Positions 22,012 through 34,344 are shown, numbered from the whole stretch's first letter. The stretch is DNA of 63,387 nucleotides, filler included, from Stramenopiles sp. TOSAG23-2 (GCA_900128395.1; 29 parts of 29 records of this genome joined end to end with filler, not necessarily neighbours in it), one strand, 5' to 3'. Program-made: numbers and translations. The notes: generated from the sequence alone by a model not told the origin.

Positions 22012-23167
22012 TTAATCACCACTACCACCTTGGCTAAAATGTTTTGATCTTTTAAGTGCTGCAGCTTCAATCAATTTAGCTCTTTCAGCCCTACTATTTG
22101 CTTGTAATAGGCTAGTTGATTCACCATCACTACTACTCCCTCGTTGTTGATTCTCCAATGATGCTTGCAATGCATGGCCTAAACCTGGAAAGTTTTGTTC
22201 ATCATTGTTAGTATTAGTATTCCCAGCACCAAATTTACCCCATCCCAATCCACCACTTTCTACATCTCTTTGATTGTTATTATTATTATCATCATCATTT
22301 CCTCTTGAAACTGCATCATCATTAAAGATAGCCCCACCCATAGCTTCATTTACTGAAACATAATTAGTTGCATTAATTAAAAAATCAAACATGCCCCCAT
22401 CACCAGAGCTTTCTGTTTCCACTAATGTATTATTAGATGGTGATAATGGACGTAACCACCCAAAAACTCGCAAGTAACCCATTCCCATTCCAATCGGCAA
22501 ATCCCAACTGAATGAAAACAATGCAAAAAATGCTACTAATGCCATAGGATAAAATTTTGTTGGAATTTGTACAGGAAAAAATAATAATTGACGAGTAGCA
22601 GTTGGATATATCGAACATTCAACTACAATCAATGCCATGACTACAGGCCAAAAGCCAATGGATCCCCATACCAACGCAGATGGCACAGGATAAATAGGAT
22701 TATATGATAATAATAAGCACCACATCAAAAACGATAGATTCGTTAACAATGCAGTTGATAAAACTAAATGGGTAAAAGATAATGTCCCAAGAGCTCTTTC
22801 CAATCGTGTACCCATATTGGAAAATGTTAACCCAATAAATAGAACAGAGAAAATACCATTCGAAAAAAAACTGCTAAAAATTGCTGTGAATGATCGATGA
22901 CAGAGTTGTGAGTTAGTGAGTATTTCTATGCGAAAAACGCGATTGTAGAATTTACTTACGACGCCATATTTCACCGTGCAATACAAACAATAAGACGTTG
23001 CTAAATGTAAATATTACATTATTGGAGATAAATGTAATTAAATAAAACCCTAGAATTGTGTAAAGTACAAACCGTGTTGTTGGAGGTGTACGTGTAAGCC
23101 ATCGTTCATATGCATTCGGTGGTTGTTGTGAATGACTATTTGTATCATTGTTACTATTACTATTCAT
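22012..23167 (-). CDS. Rhomboid-like membrane protein, two exons (23167-22960, 22883-22012)
   Basis: 76-nt intron 22884-22959 with GTAAGT donor, CTCACTAAC branch point and CACAG acceptor. Splicing restores GEIWRPIFSSFF. LERALGTLSF, SIGFWPVVMAL and IPTKFYP are rhomboid-family-like. Confidence 0.85.
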
Positions 23168-23396
23168 GTTTCTATTTTGTAAATTACAACTTATTTATAT
23201 ATTATATATATATATATATATACTATTTTGTATATTATATATTTGCATTAATTAATTGATTTATTATTATTTCATTTAATAATATATTCTTATTATATAT
23301 ACATATATATATATGATAAATAAATTCAATAAAATATATACATTTTTTTTTATTATTAAAAAATAAATTCAATAAAAGCCAGAAGAAAGAGAAAGT

Positions 23397-23666
23397 ACAA
23401 TTTGTGGGACGGCTAACACTATTTAATGCTAATTAAACTTCCTACCATAAGTATACTATTTGTTAAATTAAGTACAAAATGCGCCAAATCCTGTCCCACT
23501 GTGTCCCACAAATTGTCTACGGGCCATGTGGAAGATAATAGGCAATAAATGGACTTATATACAAAACTTAAGTACAATGTCTATTCCGCAGTTTCACAGA
23601 GAAGATTTGTGGGACACAGTGGGATGGCATTTTGGTGATAAAAATATTTAAAATAGCATTAAATAA
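23397..23666. repeat. Nested inverted repeats, MITE-like
   Basis: 20-nt perfect IR at 23494-23513 / 23605-23624. A 12-nt outer IR near 23420 / 23655. A third TTTGTGGGAC copy near 23401. Confidence 0.6.
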
Positions 23667-24385
23667 GATTGTGTATTATGTTTTATTAATGGAAATCGAT
23701 ATTTAAACAGAAAATTTGGGAATGCATTTAGTCAATAGTGAATAGTCATAATTTTTTATAACGTATTATTATAGGATTTTTAGACATATAATTTACTAAG
23801 AAACGCCTAGACAACGAGTTTACTAATTACAACAACAAGTACACACACAATAAAACTTGTAATTATTCTATATAAGAATATTTGAATGAAGAGAATATAG
23901 ATATACATTATTAAAAGTACAGCATAACAATGAATGTAACAAACAACGTTACTACCACCACCACCACCACAACAACAAATGCTGCTACAAGAATAGTCTA
24001 ATAGTCTAATAGTTAAGTTTCCGAAAGATTTTATATTACCAGGTTTTAAAAAATGGTTGGTAGGCGATAAACAGCAAAAGGTTGGGCCATTTAAAAATCT
24101 TCNNNNNNNNNNNNNNNNNNNNNNNNNNNNNNNNNNNNNNNNNNNNTTAATTAATTAANNNNNNNNNNNNNNNNNNNNNNNNNNNNNNNNNNNNNNNNNN
24201 NNTAATGAATTAAACTTTTTTGATACAGTAAGTAAGAAGTTATGTAAGTAGAGAGAGAAGAATCACATATATATGTGTATATTTATATATATAAATAATA
24301 TTTAATATCATTATATAAGATATTACATTTAATAATTTTTTGTTTGTGTATATATAGATATATAGATATTTAAAACTGAAATAGT

Positions 24386-25771
24386 ATGGGAAATACGAAA
24401 TCGAAAAAAAAAAATATTACTTCTTCTTCTTCAGATAAGAAAAAAAATGAAGAAGATAAGAAACCAATATCACCACAAATCATAACACTTGCTAAAAAGA
24501 CAAACTTTTCAACAACTGATTTACAAAAATTATACGATGAATTTCGTGTCATAGCTGCTCAATCAAATGATGATCCAAATGAGTTAACGAAAGAACAATT
24601 TTTAGATGTATTAGATAAACATGAAGTTGATTGGAGAAGTGATGTTTTTGTTGAACATTTATTTGATGCATTTGATATATCACAAACACAAACATTAAAT
24701 TTTCGTGAATTTATAAGAGCATTGAATTTTGTATCTGTCGGGAATGCACATGATAAGCTAGGATTATCATTTAAAATTTACGATGTTGAAAATAGTGGTG
24801 TAATACGTAAATGGGAAATGAAATTAGTATTAGAAGAAATATACTTGGATGCGAAAAAATTTTGGAAAGATGATATGAATAGTACTAATAATAATAGTGA
24901 GAAGAAAGAATTATTACGTAAAAAAATTGCTGACACGGTTAATGCAATATATGATCAATTCGATAAAGATCAAACTGGTCAATTATCATTTATGGAATAT
25001 GTACAAGCAGCAATGAGTTTACCAGAATTAGCTGATTTTATGAATGGTGTTGATGTTGTAGATGTTGATATTAAAACATTAGTTGAAGAGCGTAAAGCAA
25101 AACGAAATGCAGATGCTGATAATGGAAAAAATAATAGTAATGATGGTAAGAATAATAATGATAATGATACAAAACGTCGATTTCAAAGAATTTCAGAAAC
25201 ATTGGAAGGTACAGAACTAATCAATGATTTAGCTGATTCTACGAAATTCAATACAAATGACGTGAAAAATTTATTAGAAGAATTTAAAAAATTAGCAAAT
25301 GGAAAAGATTATTTACGTAAAAATCAAGCAAATGCAATCAAAGAAATTATTGAATCATCTAAAATTAGTGGGGACAAAAATGTTAGTATCCAAAGTGAAA
25401 ATATTGTTGTACGTTTATTTGATGCATTTGATTCAGATAATTCAGGTACAATCGATTTTAAACAATTTGTGATTGGATTAAATAAAACAAGTAAAGGTAC
25501 GAAACGAGATAAAATTGAATTAGCATTTTCTGTATACGATGTTGATGGTAGTGGTAGAATTTACAAAGATGAGTTTATTGAAATTTTCAATTCGTTGCAT
25601 CAAGAAAAAAAAAAGAAAACGACAGATGATAATACAAAAAATGTAAATGAATTTGCAGATGAGATCTTTTCACATTTTGATAAAGATAAAAAAGGTTTAT
25701 CCTTTATGGAATTTATCAATGCAAGTTTGAAAAATCCAACATTAAATGATGTTTTAAAAGAGGAGTTGTAA
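24386..25771 (+). CDS. Myristoylated calcineurin-B/neuronal-calcium-sensor-like protein with two tandem EF-hand modules
   Basis: MGNTKS myristoylation motif. The pattern TxFxxxDxxxLxxEF...LFDAFD..F..F..L..G...DK..L.F..YDV..SG.I...E..FDKD occurs twice. Confidence 0.88.
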   Translation: MGNTKSKKKNITSSSSDKKKNEEDKKPISPQIITLAKKTNFSTTDLQKLYDEFRVIAAQSNDDPNELTKEQFLDVLDKHEVDWRSDVFVEHLFDAFDISQTQTLNFREFIRALNFVSVGNAHDKLGLSFKIYDVENSGVIRKWEMKLVLEEIYLDAKKFWKDDMNSTNNNSEKKELLRKKIADTVNAIYDQFDKDQTGQLSFMEYVQAAMSLPELADFMNGVDVVDVDIKTLVEERKAKRNADADNGKNNSNDGKNNNDNDTKRRFQRISETLEGTELINDLADSTKFNTNDVKNLLEEFKKLANGKDYLRKNQANAIKEIIESSKISGDKNVSIQSENIVVRLFDAFDSDNSGTIDFKQFVIGLNKTSKGTKRDKIELAFSVYDVDGSGRIYKDEFIEIFNSLHQEKKKKTTDDNTKNVNEFADEIFSHFDKDKKGLSFMEFINASLKNPTLNDVLKEEL

Positions 25772-25858
25772 TAATAGGGGTTTTCGGATAAAGTTTGAAA
25801 AATCCAACATTAAATGATGTTTTAAAAGAGGAGTTGTAATAATAGGGGTTTTCGGATA
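25723..25858. repeat. Exact tandem duplication, 68-nt period, spanning a stop codon
   Basis: aagtttgaaaaatcc...ttttcggata occurs at 25723 and at 25791. Confidence 0.95.
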
Positions 25859-26190
25859 CAAAATATATTATCATATTATATCAATTTTGTGTGTAATTTT
25901 TATTGATCTAGATGCAAATTGAAAGATATGATAGTTGTTGTATATATATATGAGTATAGGACACACACGCTAATTTTATTTTTATGATATTACTCTCTTC
26001 GTGTGTGTAATGTTTTAGTGTGTTTATTTTTTAAAAAAAAGACAGAAAAACAAGAAGAGATACTTTTTTTAAAAAAATAACAAATTATTTTATACAAAAA
26101 TACATTTTTACGTGGGGTGTGGTAGTATGCGTCAAACTCGTACCAACCTTCTTTTCTCTCTCCCTCTCTCTCTTTTCTACACGCACAAAC

Positions 26191-26295
26191 CTACAACGCT
26201 TTATAACCGGAGGCGGATAATAATTGTTCAAAGATTAATAATTGCAAAGTTGCAGTAGGTGCAAATCGTGCCCATATTGGAAAGAATCCACGATA
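26191..26295 (-). CDS. Mitochondrial carrier (SLC25) C-terminal fragment
   Basis: Manual translation [34 protein letters not shown] fits the carrier helix-6 pattern YKGF.P...R..P.......E. Confidence 0.8.
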   Translation of the reverse strand, partial: YRGFFPIWARFAPTATLQLLIFEQLLSASGYKAL

Positions 26296-26423
26296 ANNNN
26301 NNNNNNNNNNNNNNNNNNNNNNNNNNNNNNNNNNNNNNNNTTAATTAATTAANNNNNNNNNNNNNNNNNNNNNNNNNNNNNNNNNNNNNNNNNNNNATAA
26401 ATTTAATATATTTTTTTTAACAA

Positions 26424-27791
26424 ATGGCAGAAGATAACGTCACGTCCATACAACCATGGTCAAAAACATGGAGAGATAATGTATCAAAGATTTCGGGATA
26501 CGATCAAAGTGTTGTAAATTCAAAATTTGGTGGTGGGGTCGTTGTTTTACGAGTAAATCAATTGGATGGTCTTGTCTTAGATAATGAGGTAGCAATGTTG
26601 TTGTTGCAGCAATTTAAAAGAATATTTGTCAACTCGCATTTTGTTACCCGAGAAACATACGATGCATATGAACCTGAAGCTGATTTAATAGTATGGCTTA
26701 TATTGTACAGTGGTTCAATATTATTAAATCGTCCAACTCCTGGCAATATTTTTATGAGTTTAAAGTATAGAAATAACGCAATGTTCCAATCCAAGCGTAG
26801 TCGTGGTGCTATGACATTATTAGGCGATGAACCAACTATTCGACAACGTATTTTATGGATCACACTGACTGCGATTGTTCCATATTGTTGGTTACGTTTA
26901 AAGCGGTTTATGCAACAATGGGGATGGTCCCAAGAGAAAGATGAAGAAGATTTTGAGGATGATGATAAAACAGGATATATATGGCATGTCTGGAAACATC
27001 GTTTTTACAATTTATGTACTATTTTTGAATCTATGTATCAAATTTCACGTTTTATCAATTTTATTTTATTCCTTCGTGTTGGTGAATTTCGTAGCTTAGT
27101 TGATCGAATTTTACAAATGCGTTTAGTTTATTCAAGAGATGCAAGTACTCGAGCATTGAGTTTTGAATATTTAAATCGAGATTTATTGTTAAATTCTGCA
27201 CAAGACTTTGCATTGTTTTTAATGCCTATTTTAAATTTTGGCCCTGCAATTCGAAGTGCAAGTCGTGGTATTAGACAATTTGGTGCAACGGTTGGACATG
27301 TAACAGGTATACAAAAAAGAAAAAAAAATAAATTTAAGAAAAAAGTGAAAAAGATTAATAATAAGAAAGTTAAGAAACGTGTACGATTTGCAGATGATGA
27401 AATTTCCAACAAGAAGGAAGATTTAAATAAAGAAGCTGATTCTAGTCAAAATAAAAATAGTAGTGATATAGATTTAACATGTCGTAAATGCAATGCAAAT
27501 CCAGCGTGTATGCCATATAAAATGCCATGTGGCTGTGTTTTCTGTTATTTTTGTCTGCGTACTGGATTACATGAACGTAGGGGAACGAATGGAGAGGAAA
27601 TGATGTATTGTTTATATTGTGATACTAAAATTACATTACCTTCAATCGAGGAGATGGAAGAAATGAAACGTAATAGTAGAAGCAACAGAAAAAAGAAAGT
27701 CGCTATAGATGATAATGGAGGCGAAGAGGTTGAAGAAAAAGAGGAAGAGGAGGAAGAATACGATTATAGCACCATAGCTGTTCGTGTATAA
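26424..27791 (+). CDS. PEX2: Peroxin-2 (Pex2/Pex12 N-domain plus RING)
   Basis: VLRVNQLDGLVLDNE, PTPGNIFMSLKY, INFILFLRVGEFRSLVDRILQMRLVY, LSFEYLNRDLL and a C-terminal RING CRKC...CGCVFCYFC...CLYC. Confidence 0.92.
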   Translation: MAEDNVTSIQPWSKTWRDNVSKISGYDQSVVNSKFGGGVVVLRVNQLDGLVLDNEVAMLLLQQFKRIFVNSHFVTRETYDAYEPEADLIVWLILYSGSILLNRPTPGNIFMSLKYRNNAMFQSKRSRGAMTLLGDEPTIRQRILWITLTAIVPYCWLRLKRFMQQWGWSQEKDEEDFEDDDKTGYIWHVWKHRFYNLCTIFESMYQISRFINFILFLRVGEFRSLVDRILQMRLVYSRDASTRALSFEYLNRDLLLNSAQDFALFLMPILNFGPAIRSASRGIRQFGATVGHVTGIQKRKKNKFKKKVKKINNKKVKKRVRFADDEISNKKEDLNKEADSSQNKNSSDIDLTCRKCNANPACMPYKMPCGCVFCYFCLRTGLHERRGTNGEEMMYCLYCDTKITLPSIEEMEEMKRNSRSNRKKKVAIDDNGGEEVEEKEEEEEEYDYSTIAVRV

Positions 27792-28589
27792 AAAGAAAAA
27801 AAAATGTAAAAATATGGTGTGTGTGCTGGTGGATATTTATACGACCTGTAATGTGAGAGAAAATGTAAAAAAAAAAAGCAAATATGATACTCGTATACGA
27901 AGCGTATATATATACGAACATGGTATATGATATACGTATGATATGTCGTATCATATCATATGTCGTATGATGATATTATACGAGTATTATGTTGCTATAC
28001 TGAGATACTTCTCTTTAAATACTCTAAAAAAAGTAATTTATGCATGTGTATATATAATCATACGACTGTGTAATTATTTATTATTTGAATTTTTTTTAAA
28101 TAGTTCTCGTATATACAATATTTTACGAGAAGTTCCGTATTTAATACGACGTATGATACGTCTTCTTGTATTATTAAAAAAAAAATTATCATATGCATAC
28201 ACAGTAAAAAATACGAAGAAAATATTTTATAAAGTACACACAGATCAACCTCTCTCTCTCTCTCTCGACACACACACACACACACACACAGACCAAGTTT
28301 CCAGTTTTCTCTCTGTATATTCAAAATACACACTTCTCGTACTTTTCTTAGTTTTTATAAATTTAAATTATGCGCCCCGTGTAATATTATAATATCACAT
28401 TACGTCTATTTTAATATTATTTCTTTCTCTAATCTGAATCATCCGAATCATCTGAATCTGAATCATCTGAATCATCTGAACTTGCATCNNNNNNNNNNNN
28501 NNNNNNNNNNNNNNNNNNNNNNNNNNNNNNNNTTAATTAATTAANNNNNNNNNNNNNNNNNNNNNNNNNNNNNNNNNNNNNNNNNNNNT

Positions 28590-30473
28590 AATAATAATAA
28601 TAATAATGATGATAATGATGACAAAAGCAATCAAAAAATAGAAACCCCGCCAGAACTAAATATGCAAAAGTTACCACCTGGTATGTCACCTGGTAATATG
28701 CAGCTATTTTCCTCTAGAAGACCAAAACATGCCGGGGCAGGTATTATGTCCGGCGGTAAAAATATGTTAAAAGGTATTGGCGCAGGTTTAGCAGCTTTTG
28801 TTGCAGCGCCAATAGTTGGTGCAAGAGAACATGGTGCAAAAGGTTTTGCTGCTGGTCTTGCTGCTGGTACTGTAGGTTTAATCGCATTACCAGTTGCTGG
28901 GATAGTTAGTGGTGGTGTGCAAGTGGCGCGTGGTGTTTACAATTCCGGTGAAGCTGCGAGAAACTCATTTTCAGACGAAAAGGATTGGGATCCAGAAAAG
29001 CGTGTTTGGTATAAATATAATTTAAGAGAAGAAGCTGACGAAATATTACCAATGACTGAAGAAGCTTTTTTAAAAAAAGTCGAGAAAATTAATAAGATGA
29101 AACTTGCAGAGATGAATGGTGTACCTTACGTTGAGGAAGAGGACGAGGATGATGGGAAAAAAATCGCTCCAAAAGATGTTAAAGATATGGGATATTATGA
29201 TTTATTAAATGTGAAATCGGATGCGACAAAATCAGAAATCAAAAAAGGTTATTTTAAACAAGCTCGTAAATTTCACCCAGATAAGAACCCAAATGATCCG
29301 ACTGCTACCGAACGTTTTCAAAAAATTGGTAAGGCATATCAAATATTAAGCGATGACAATTTAAGGGCAGCGTATGATAAAGGTGGCGAAGATGGCGTTG
29401 ATGATGCTCCAAATCTAGATAGTGGTATGTTTTTCGAAATGGTATTTGGTTCTGAGAAATTCGAACCATTAGTAGGTGAATTAGCGTTAACAAGTATGTT
29501 TGCTGATTTCCAAAAACAACAACAAACGGAACAAGACGGTGGGAAGATACGGACAGAAAGCGAGGAGAGCGCTTTGACTAAATTTAAGCAATCAAAACGT
29601 TGTGTCCAATGTGCAGTTAATTTGGTAGATATCGTCGACAAATATTTTCTATATTTTGAAAACGGGGAGGATCCATTAACGATGAAAAAGAAAGACAATA
29701 CTGACGAAGAGTTCAAAAATTATATACGTGATTATGTAGCACAAGAATTGAGTGAAACAGAGTTTGGTAAAACGTTGCTATCAGTGATTGGTTATTGTTA
29801 CATTATTATAGCAGAGAAACGATTATCAAATTTTGTATCTCGCACCGTTAGTAGTGGTAGCAGGAAAGTTCATCGGTATGGTAATTATGTTCGACTAGCA
29901 GGCAGTGCGATTTCCATGGCCACTGCAGTATCAGAAGAGGAAAAGAAGATGATGGAGAGTGGCGAGGATGTTGATGAACAAAAGAAAGCAGAGATGGCAA
30001 AGAAGCACAGCAAAATTTTGATGGATTTAATGTACAACATGGCAGTCATTGATATTGAAGCTACATTAGAGAAAGTATGTTGGAAAGTGTTACACGATCG
30101 TTCTGTACATAAAGTAAAGCGCAAGTATCGAGCACACGCTTTGAAAATAGTTGGAGGAGTATTCCAATCGTTCGGAGGTACAAGAGATGCTGGAATTAAA
30201 GAATTTCAAAATAAAATGGATATGATGCAAGGAGGTGGTGTACCAACTGACATGTACGAGACGGAAGATTTTGAGAAGCCGCAAGAAATCCCGATTGGCT
30301 CCATGGTGCAAACATGTGGCTTGAAAACAACCGCTATGAATGAGAAAATGGCGACAGTTATGGCAGAATTTGATACTGGTACTGGTAGATATCCATGTCG
30401 ATTAGAGGAAGACGGCCAAGTGATAGCTTTGAAACCAGAAAATTTAAAGAAAGTAGTGATGAAGAAGAAGTAA
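28590..30473 (+). CDS. DnaJ protein with X-domain (Caj1/Djp1-like), 5'-partial
   Basis: J-domain YYDLLNV..IKKGY..FHPDKNP..FQKIGKAYQILSD, then FFEMVFGSEKFEPLVGEL and DIEATLEKVCWKVLHD..RAHALKIVG. The frame is open from the contig edge. Confidence 0.9.
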   Translation, partial: NNNNNNDDNDDKSNQKIETPPELNMQKLPPGMSPGNMQLFSSRRPKHAGAGIMSGGKNMLKGIGAGLAAFVAAPIVGAREHGAKGFAAGLAAGTVGLIALPVAGIVSGGVQVARGVYNSGEAARNSFSDEKDWDPEKRVWYKYNLREEADEILPMTEEAFLKKVEKINKMKLAEMNGVPYVEEEDEDDGKKIAPKDVKDMGYYDLLNVKSDATKSEIKKGYFKQARKFHPDKNPNDPTATERFQKIGKAYQILSDDNLRAAYDKGGEDGVDDAPNLDSGMFFEMVFGSEKFEPLVGELALTSMFADFQKQQQTEQDGGKIRTESEESALTKFKQSKRCVQCAVNLVDIVDKYFLYFENGEDPLTMKKKDNTDEEFKNYIRDYVAQELSETEFGKTLLSVIGYCYIIIAEKRLSNFVSRTVSSGSRKVHRYGNYVRLAGSAISMATAVSEEEKKMMESGEDVDEQKKAEMAKKHSKILMDLMYNMAVIDIEATLEKVCWKVLHDRSVHKVKRKYRAHALKIVGGVFQSFGGTRDAGIKEFQNKMDMMQGGGVPTDMYETEDFEKPQEIPIGSMVQTCGLKTTAMNEKMATVMAEFDTGTGRYPCRLEEDGQVIALKPENLKKVVMKKK

Positions 30474-30780
30474 CGTGTGATATATGATATTGTGTAAAAT
30501 ATAGTGTTGGTGATTTTTTCAAGAGATATAATTTTTTATATGCAAGAGTATGCATATATCATTAATATTGGTATGCATACACTCGCTCTGTATATATTTA
30601 TACACGAGAGTATGTGATAAAATACATCAACTTATCATATTCATCAATATATATATTATATGTAATAAATGAAGAAATNNNNNNNNNNNNNNNNNNNNNN
30701 NNNNNNNNNNNNNNNNNNNNNNTTAATTAATTAANNNNNNNNNNNNNNNNNNNNNNNNNNNNNNNNNNNNNNNNNNNNGT

Positions 30781-32867
30781 GCTATTAGTCCAGACCATGG
30801 TGATATGGTAGGTGGTTATGAAATGGAAATTTTTGGAAAAGCATTTGGAGTTAATAAAACTGATGATTTAGCTGCCTATGTTGGTAAACGTGCATGTTTA
30901 AAAACGACATGGTTTAGCGATAATAAAGTTGTATGCGTAGTACCACCAGGTACAGGTGTACAACATTCCATTTTCGTAGTAGCTGGTGGTAAAAAAGGTC
31001 CACATCTTGGACACTTTAACTACAACGCTCCTGTTGTTTCAAAGGTAATGCCACCTAGAATTGTAGCTAAAGGTGGTGCAAACATTACTATTTTTGGTAA
31101 AGGATTTGGTGTTGCACTGAGAGAAGCAATGGCAAAGGCGTCTAATGGTTCGATGCAAATAGTTAATGTTACAGTTTCGGTTGGCGGTAGAAAATGCCAA
31201 AATATGAGCGTTGTATCCGACACGGAAATTAAATGCGATTCGCCTCCATTTGTAAGCAGGCATCGTGTAGTTGTTAGCGTAAATGGGCATAGATCATACA
31301 GTAAACCAGTTCCTGTAGCTGGACCAATTGCTGAAGCTGGACAATTTGTTGTAGTACCAGGTGATTCGGCGTCAGGTGCAACTGGCGCAGCAGCAGCAAC
31401 TGGTGCTGCAAGTACTGGTGGAACTGGAGGAACCGGAGGAACTGGTGGAACTGGTATGCACATTGGTGCAACTGCTACGGAAGCTACAGGTGGAGAACAA
31501 GATGAAAATGACAGTGTTTTGGAATCTGAACCACCATCCATTGTAAGCATGAAACCAAATTGGTCGCATGGTGAAGGTGGAAAGAAGTTAAATATTAAAG
31601 GATTTAATTTTGGACCAAAAGGTAACAAGAAAGTCGTTGTCAAGATCGAAGGGGAAACTGCAACAAATGTTGTTGTCAAATCAGATTCGGAATTGACATG
31701 TATTGCACCTGCTGGAAGTGGTGCTAATGTATCCGTGAAAGTATACGTCGACGGTATGACTGGAAAATCATATGATAGATTCGAATACGACCCGCCTTTG
31801 GTATTGAATTCTTTCCCTTCGGGCGGAGTAGCAGATACCAAAGTGGTTATCAACGGCTTGAATTTCGGTGCAATGGATCATAAAATCAAAGCATTTATTG
31901 GTCGTGTACCATGCAAAGCTGTCAAACGTTTAAGTGAAGATAGTGTACAATGTATTGCACCTGCAGGCTTTGGTAAAAATTTGTCGGTAACATTGAAATT
32001 ATTTGGTCGCCATCAGCATACACGTGTAAATAAAAGTGCTACGTTCAGTTATCCACCAAGTTCAGTAAAATCCATTAAACCACGTACGGTGCCTACAGAA
32101 GGTGACTGGATTATGATCATTGGTAATGGTTTCGGTGCAATGCAAAATAAATATTTAACTGGTATGATCGGTGAAAGACCATGTGTAAAGACCGTATGGA
32201 TATCGTCGAAAAAAGTCAGATGCCAAACTCCTCCTGGTGTTGGTAAAAATGTTTCTGTCAGTGTATATGTTGGTGATGGTGAACTTGCTATTTCAAAGAA
32301 CATCTTGTCATACCAACATCCAACCGTCGTTAGCATTGAACCAAATCATGCTCCAGGATCTGGCAGCAACATGACGATTGTTAAATTGACCGTTACTGAA
32401 ATTGGAAGTGTCAGAGGACAGCAAAATAAAACCATTTCTGTCGGTTCTGATAAGAAAGCCATGTTGAAACGTATCAAACGCAACGTTACGATTGGTGGAA
32501 AGACATGTAAAATTGTCAATGTAACTGCTACCACAATCAGCTGCATTGTTCCTAAAGGTATTGGATATGACTTGCCTGTCATTGTGACCGTGGAAAACGT
32601 AAGCAGTCCAGTTAACAAAAAAGCATTGTTTGAATACGATGGTCCAGCTATCGCAAGTGTGACCCCATCTGTAGTTCCATGTGTCGGTGGAAAACGCATT
32701 ATCATTGATGGTACGTCATTTGGAGAAAATACGGAAACGGAAGATATGGCTGTTCTTGTTGGAGGAAAAGATTGTGCCAATGTTACTTGGGTAAATGATA
32801 CTGCGATTAGCTGCATCACGCCAGCAGGTCTTGGTACCCAACGTGAAGTCGTTGTGGTCTTGAAATT
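30781..32867 (+). CDS. IPT/TIG-repeat extracellular protein, partial at both ends
   Basis: About seven repeats of P.V..V.P......G..I.I.G..FG......V.VG...C........I.C..P.G.G, with a Gly/Ala/Thr low-complexity linker. Confidence 0.92.
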
Positions 32868-33264
32868 NNNNNNNNNNNNNNNNNNNNNNNNNNNNNNNNN
32901 NNNNNNNNNNNTTAATTAATTAANNNNNNNNNNNNNNNNNNNNNNNNNNNNNNNNNNNNNNNNNNNNTTGCAATTTTGCTTTTCTGCCTTTGTTGTGCAA
33001 CTTTTGTGTGTGAGGTTAAGGTAAGGTTGGTGGAAGAAATTTTAATTTATTTCAAATTAGTTGCATTACTACAGTATAATACCTATAGTATAATCTGACA
33101 ATAACTAAAAAAGTTAACAGTAATTCTTTTTTACACTTCTTATTCATATACAAGAGCATTTCCGTAAATATTTATATGAACATCCAACGTTCTTATAGAA
33201 TTAATGGCAAAGTTATACTTGTATACATTTATATATTCTATGCCATCTATGAAGGAAAATCGAT

Positions 33265-34344
33265 ATGGAATCTATTACCATACATTTTGGACCGAAAAAA
33301 GTCAGTTCTGAGAATGACGAAGCAAGTACCAAAAAACAAGATGACGAAGAAGAGACATTTAAAGGGCCTAAAGGTAGAACGAATGTTTGGTGGAAGGATG
33401 TAAAATATACACCACCAAAAAAAACAGGTCCTGCAAAACGAGTTAATTTATTTTGGAAACGTGATTTAAAGAAAAAAGTCTTTTCTCATGAAAAGCATGG
33501 ACATTGGAGTGGACAATGGAAAACTTGCGACATTTGCACGTTACCCTATCCTTGCAATCATATGTCTGAGCATGATCTTAAAAAAAAACTGAAAGAACGT
33601 TACGAAAAATTTCCAGTTAACGATCAGGAAGAAACCATCCAACCATCTCATTATCTATGGGTGCAACCAAGAGGCAAACTTATTTGTGAAGAGTTTTTTA
33701 AATACCAATCATGTAGGAGTTTTGAAAAGAATGGAAAATGCAAATTTTGGCATCCCACGGAAGATTTGATAAATAAACCAATACCTCTTCCACGTTGTGA
33801 TGTATGTACAAAATTAATTTTTGATAAGTATTGCTATAAGCATAGACCTCCGTTCGGTAAGGAATTGTGTGATGAAGATAAAAACATTATGAAACTTGGA
33901 GGCGAAGTATCGGAAATGTTTAAGTTAGGCGAAATGATTGGATACAATAGTGCCTTGGAAAGAAAAATAATTTATGGTTTTGTAGTTACAAGTAAACAGA
34001 AAAATCGAGCATATGAAATTAGTGTAACGAAAACGGCAAAAAGGGTTTTAGAAGTTACACATGGTAAGCTGTATCGTATTCGTGGGTATGTCAGTCGTGG
34101 TTGGGATCAAATAAAAAACGTGAAGAAATTGTATAAAAGAAGAGGTGTTGGATTAGAAGAAGAGCTAAAATCTGAAAAAGTAAATGAAGGTGAAGGTGAG
34201 GAAAATGAAGGTGAAAAAGAAGTCAATTGGGGACGTGTGTTTAATGTGAAATACGAAAAGAGCTTGCCAAATGTCCATCCAGACGAATATTTAGATCGAC
34301 CTGATACTGGCGGTCCAATAGTTTTTGAACTAGAAGAGGATTGA
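33265..34344 (+). CDS. Hypothetical Cys/His-rich protein with a CCCH-type zinc finger
   Basis: CEEFFKYQSCRSFEKNGKCKFWH, plus two CxxC..C.H clusters. Confidence 0.75.
   Translation: MESITIHFGPKKVSSENDEASTKKQDDEEETFKGPKGRTNVWWKDVKYTPPKKTGPAKRVNLFWKRDLKKKVFSHEKHGHWSGQWKTCDICTLPYPCNHMSEHDLKKKLKERYEKFPVNDQEETIQPSHYLWVQPRGKLICEEFFKYQSCRSFEKNGKCKFWHPTEDLINKPIPLPRCDVCTKLIFDKYCYKHRPPFGKELCDEDKNIMKLGGEVSEMFKLGEMIGYNSALERKIIYGFVVTSKQKNRAYEISVTKTAKRVLEVTHGKLYRIRGYVSRGWDQIKNVKKLYKRRGVGLEEELKSEKVNEGEGEENEGEKEVNWGRVFNVKYEKSLPNVHPDEYLDRPDTGGPIVFELEED

Noticed and set aside
27943..28392. ORFs in TA/CA/CT-rich intergenic DNA (also 16617-16943, 38659-39039, 44098-44422, 44789-45802)
   Set aside because: They are Ile/Tyr/Phe-rich translations of low-complexity non-coding sequence.
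28428..28488. Short (aatcatctg)-like tandem repeat
   Set aside because: On the minus strand it reads DASSDDSDDSDSDDSDDSD*, the acidic tail of a truncated gene.
31020..32819. Long antisense ORFs (also 62375-62983, 29339-29716 and others)
   Set aside because: They are shadows of real genes on the opposite strand and have no motifs of their own.
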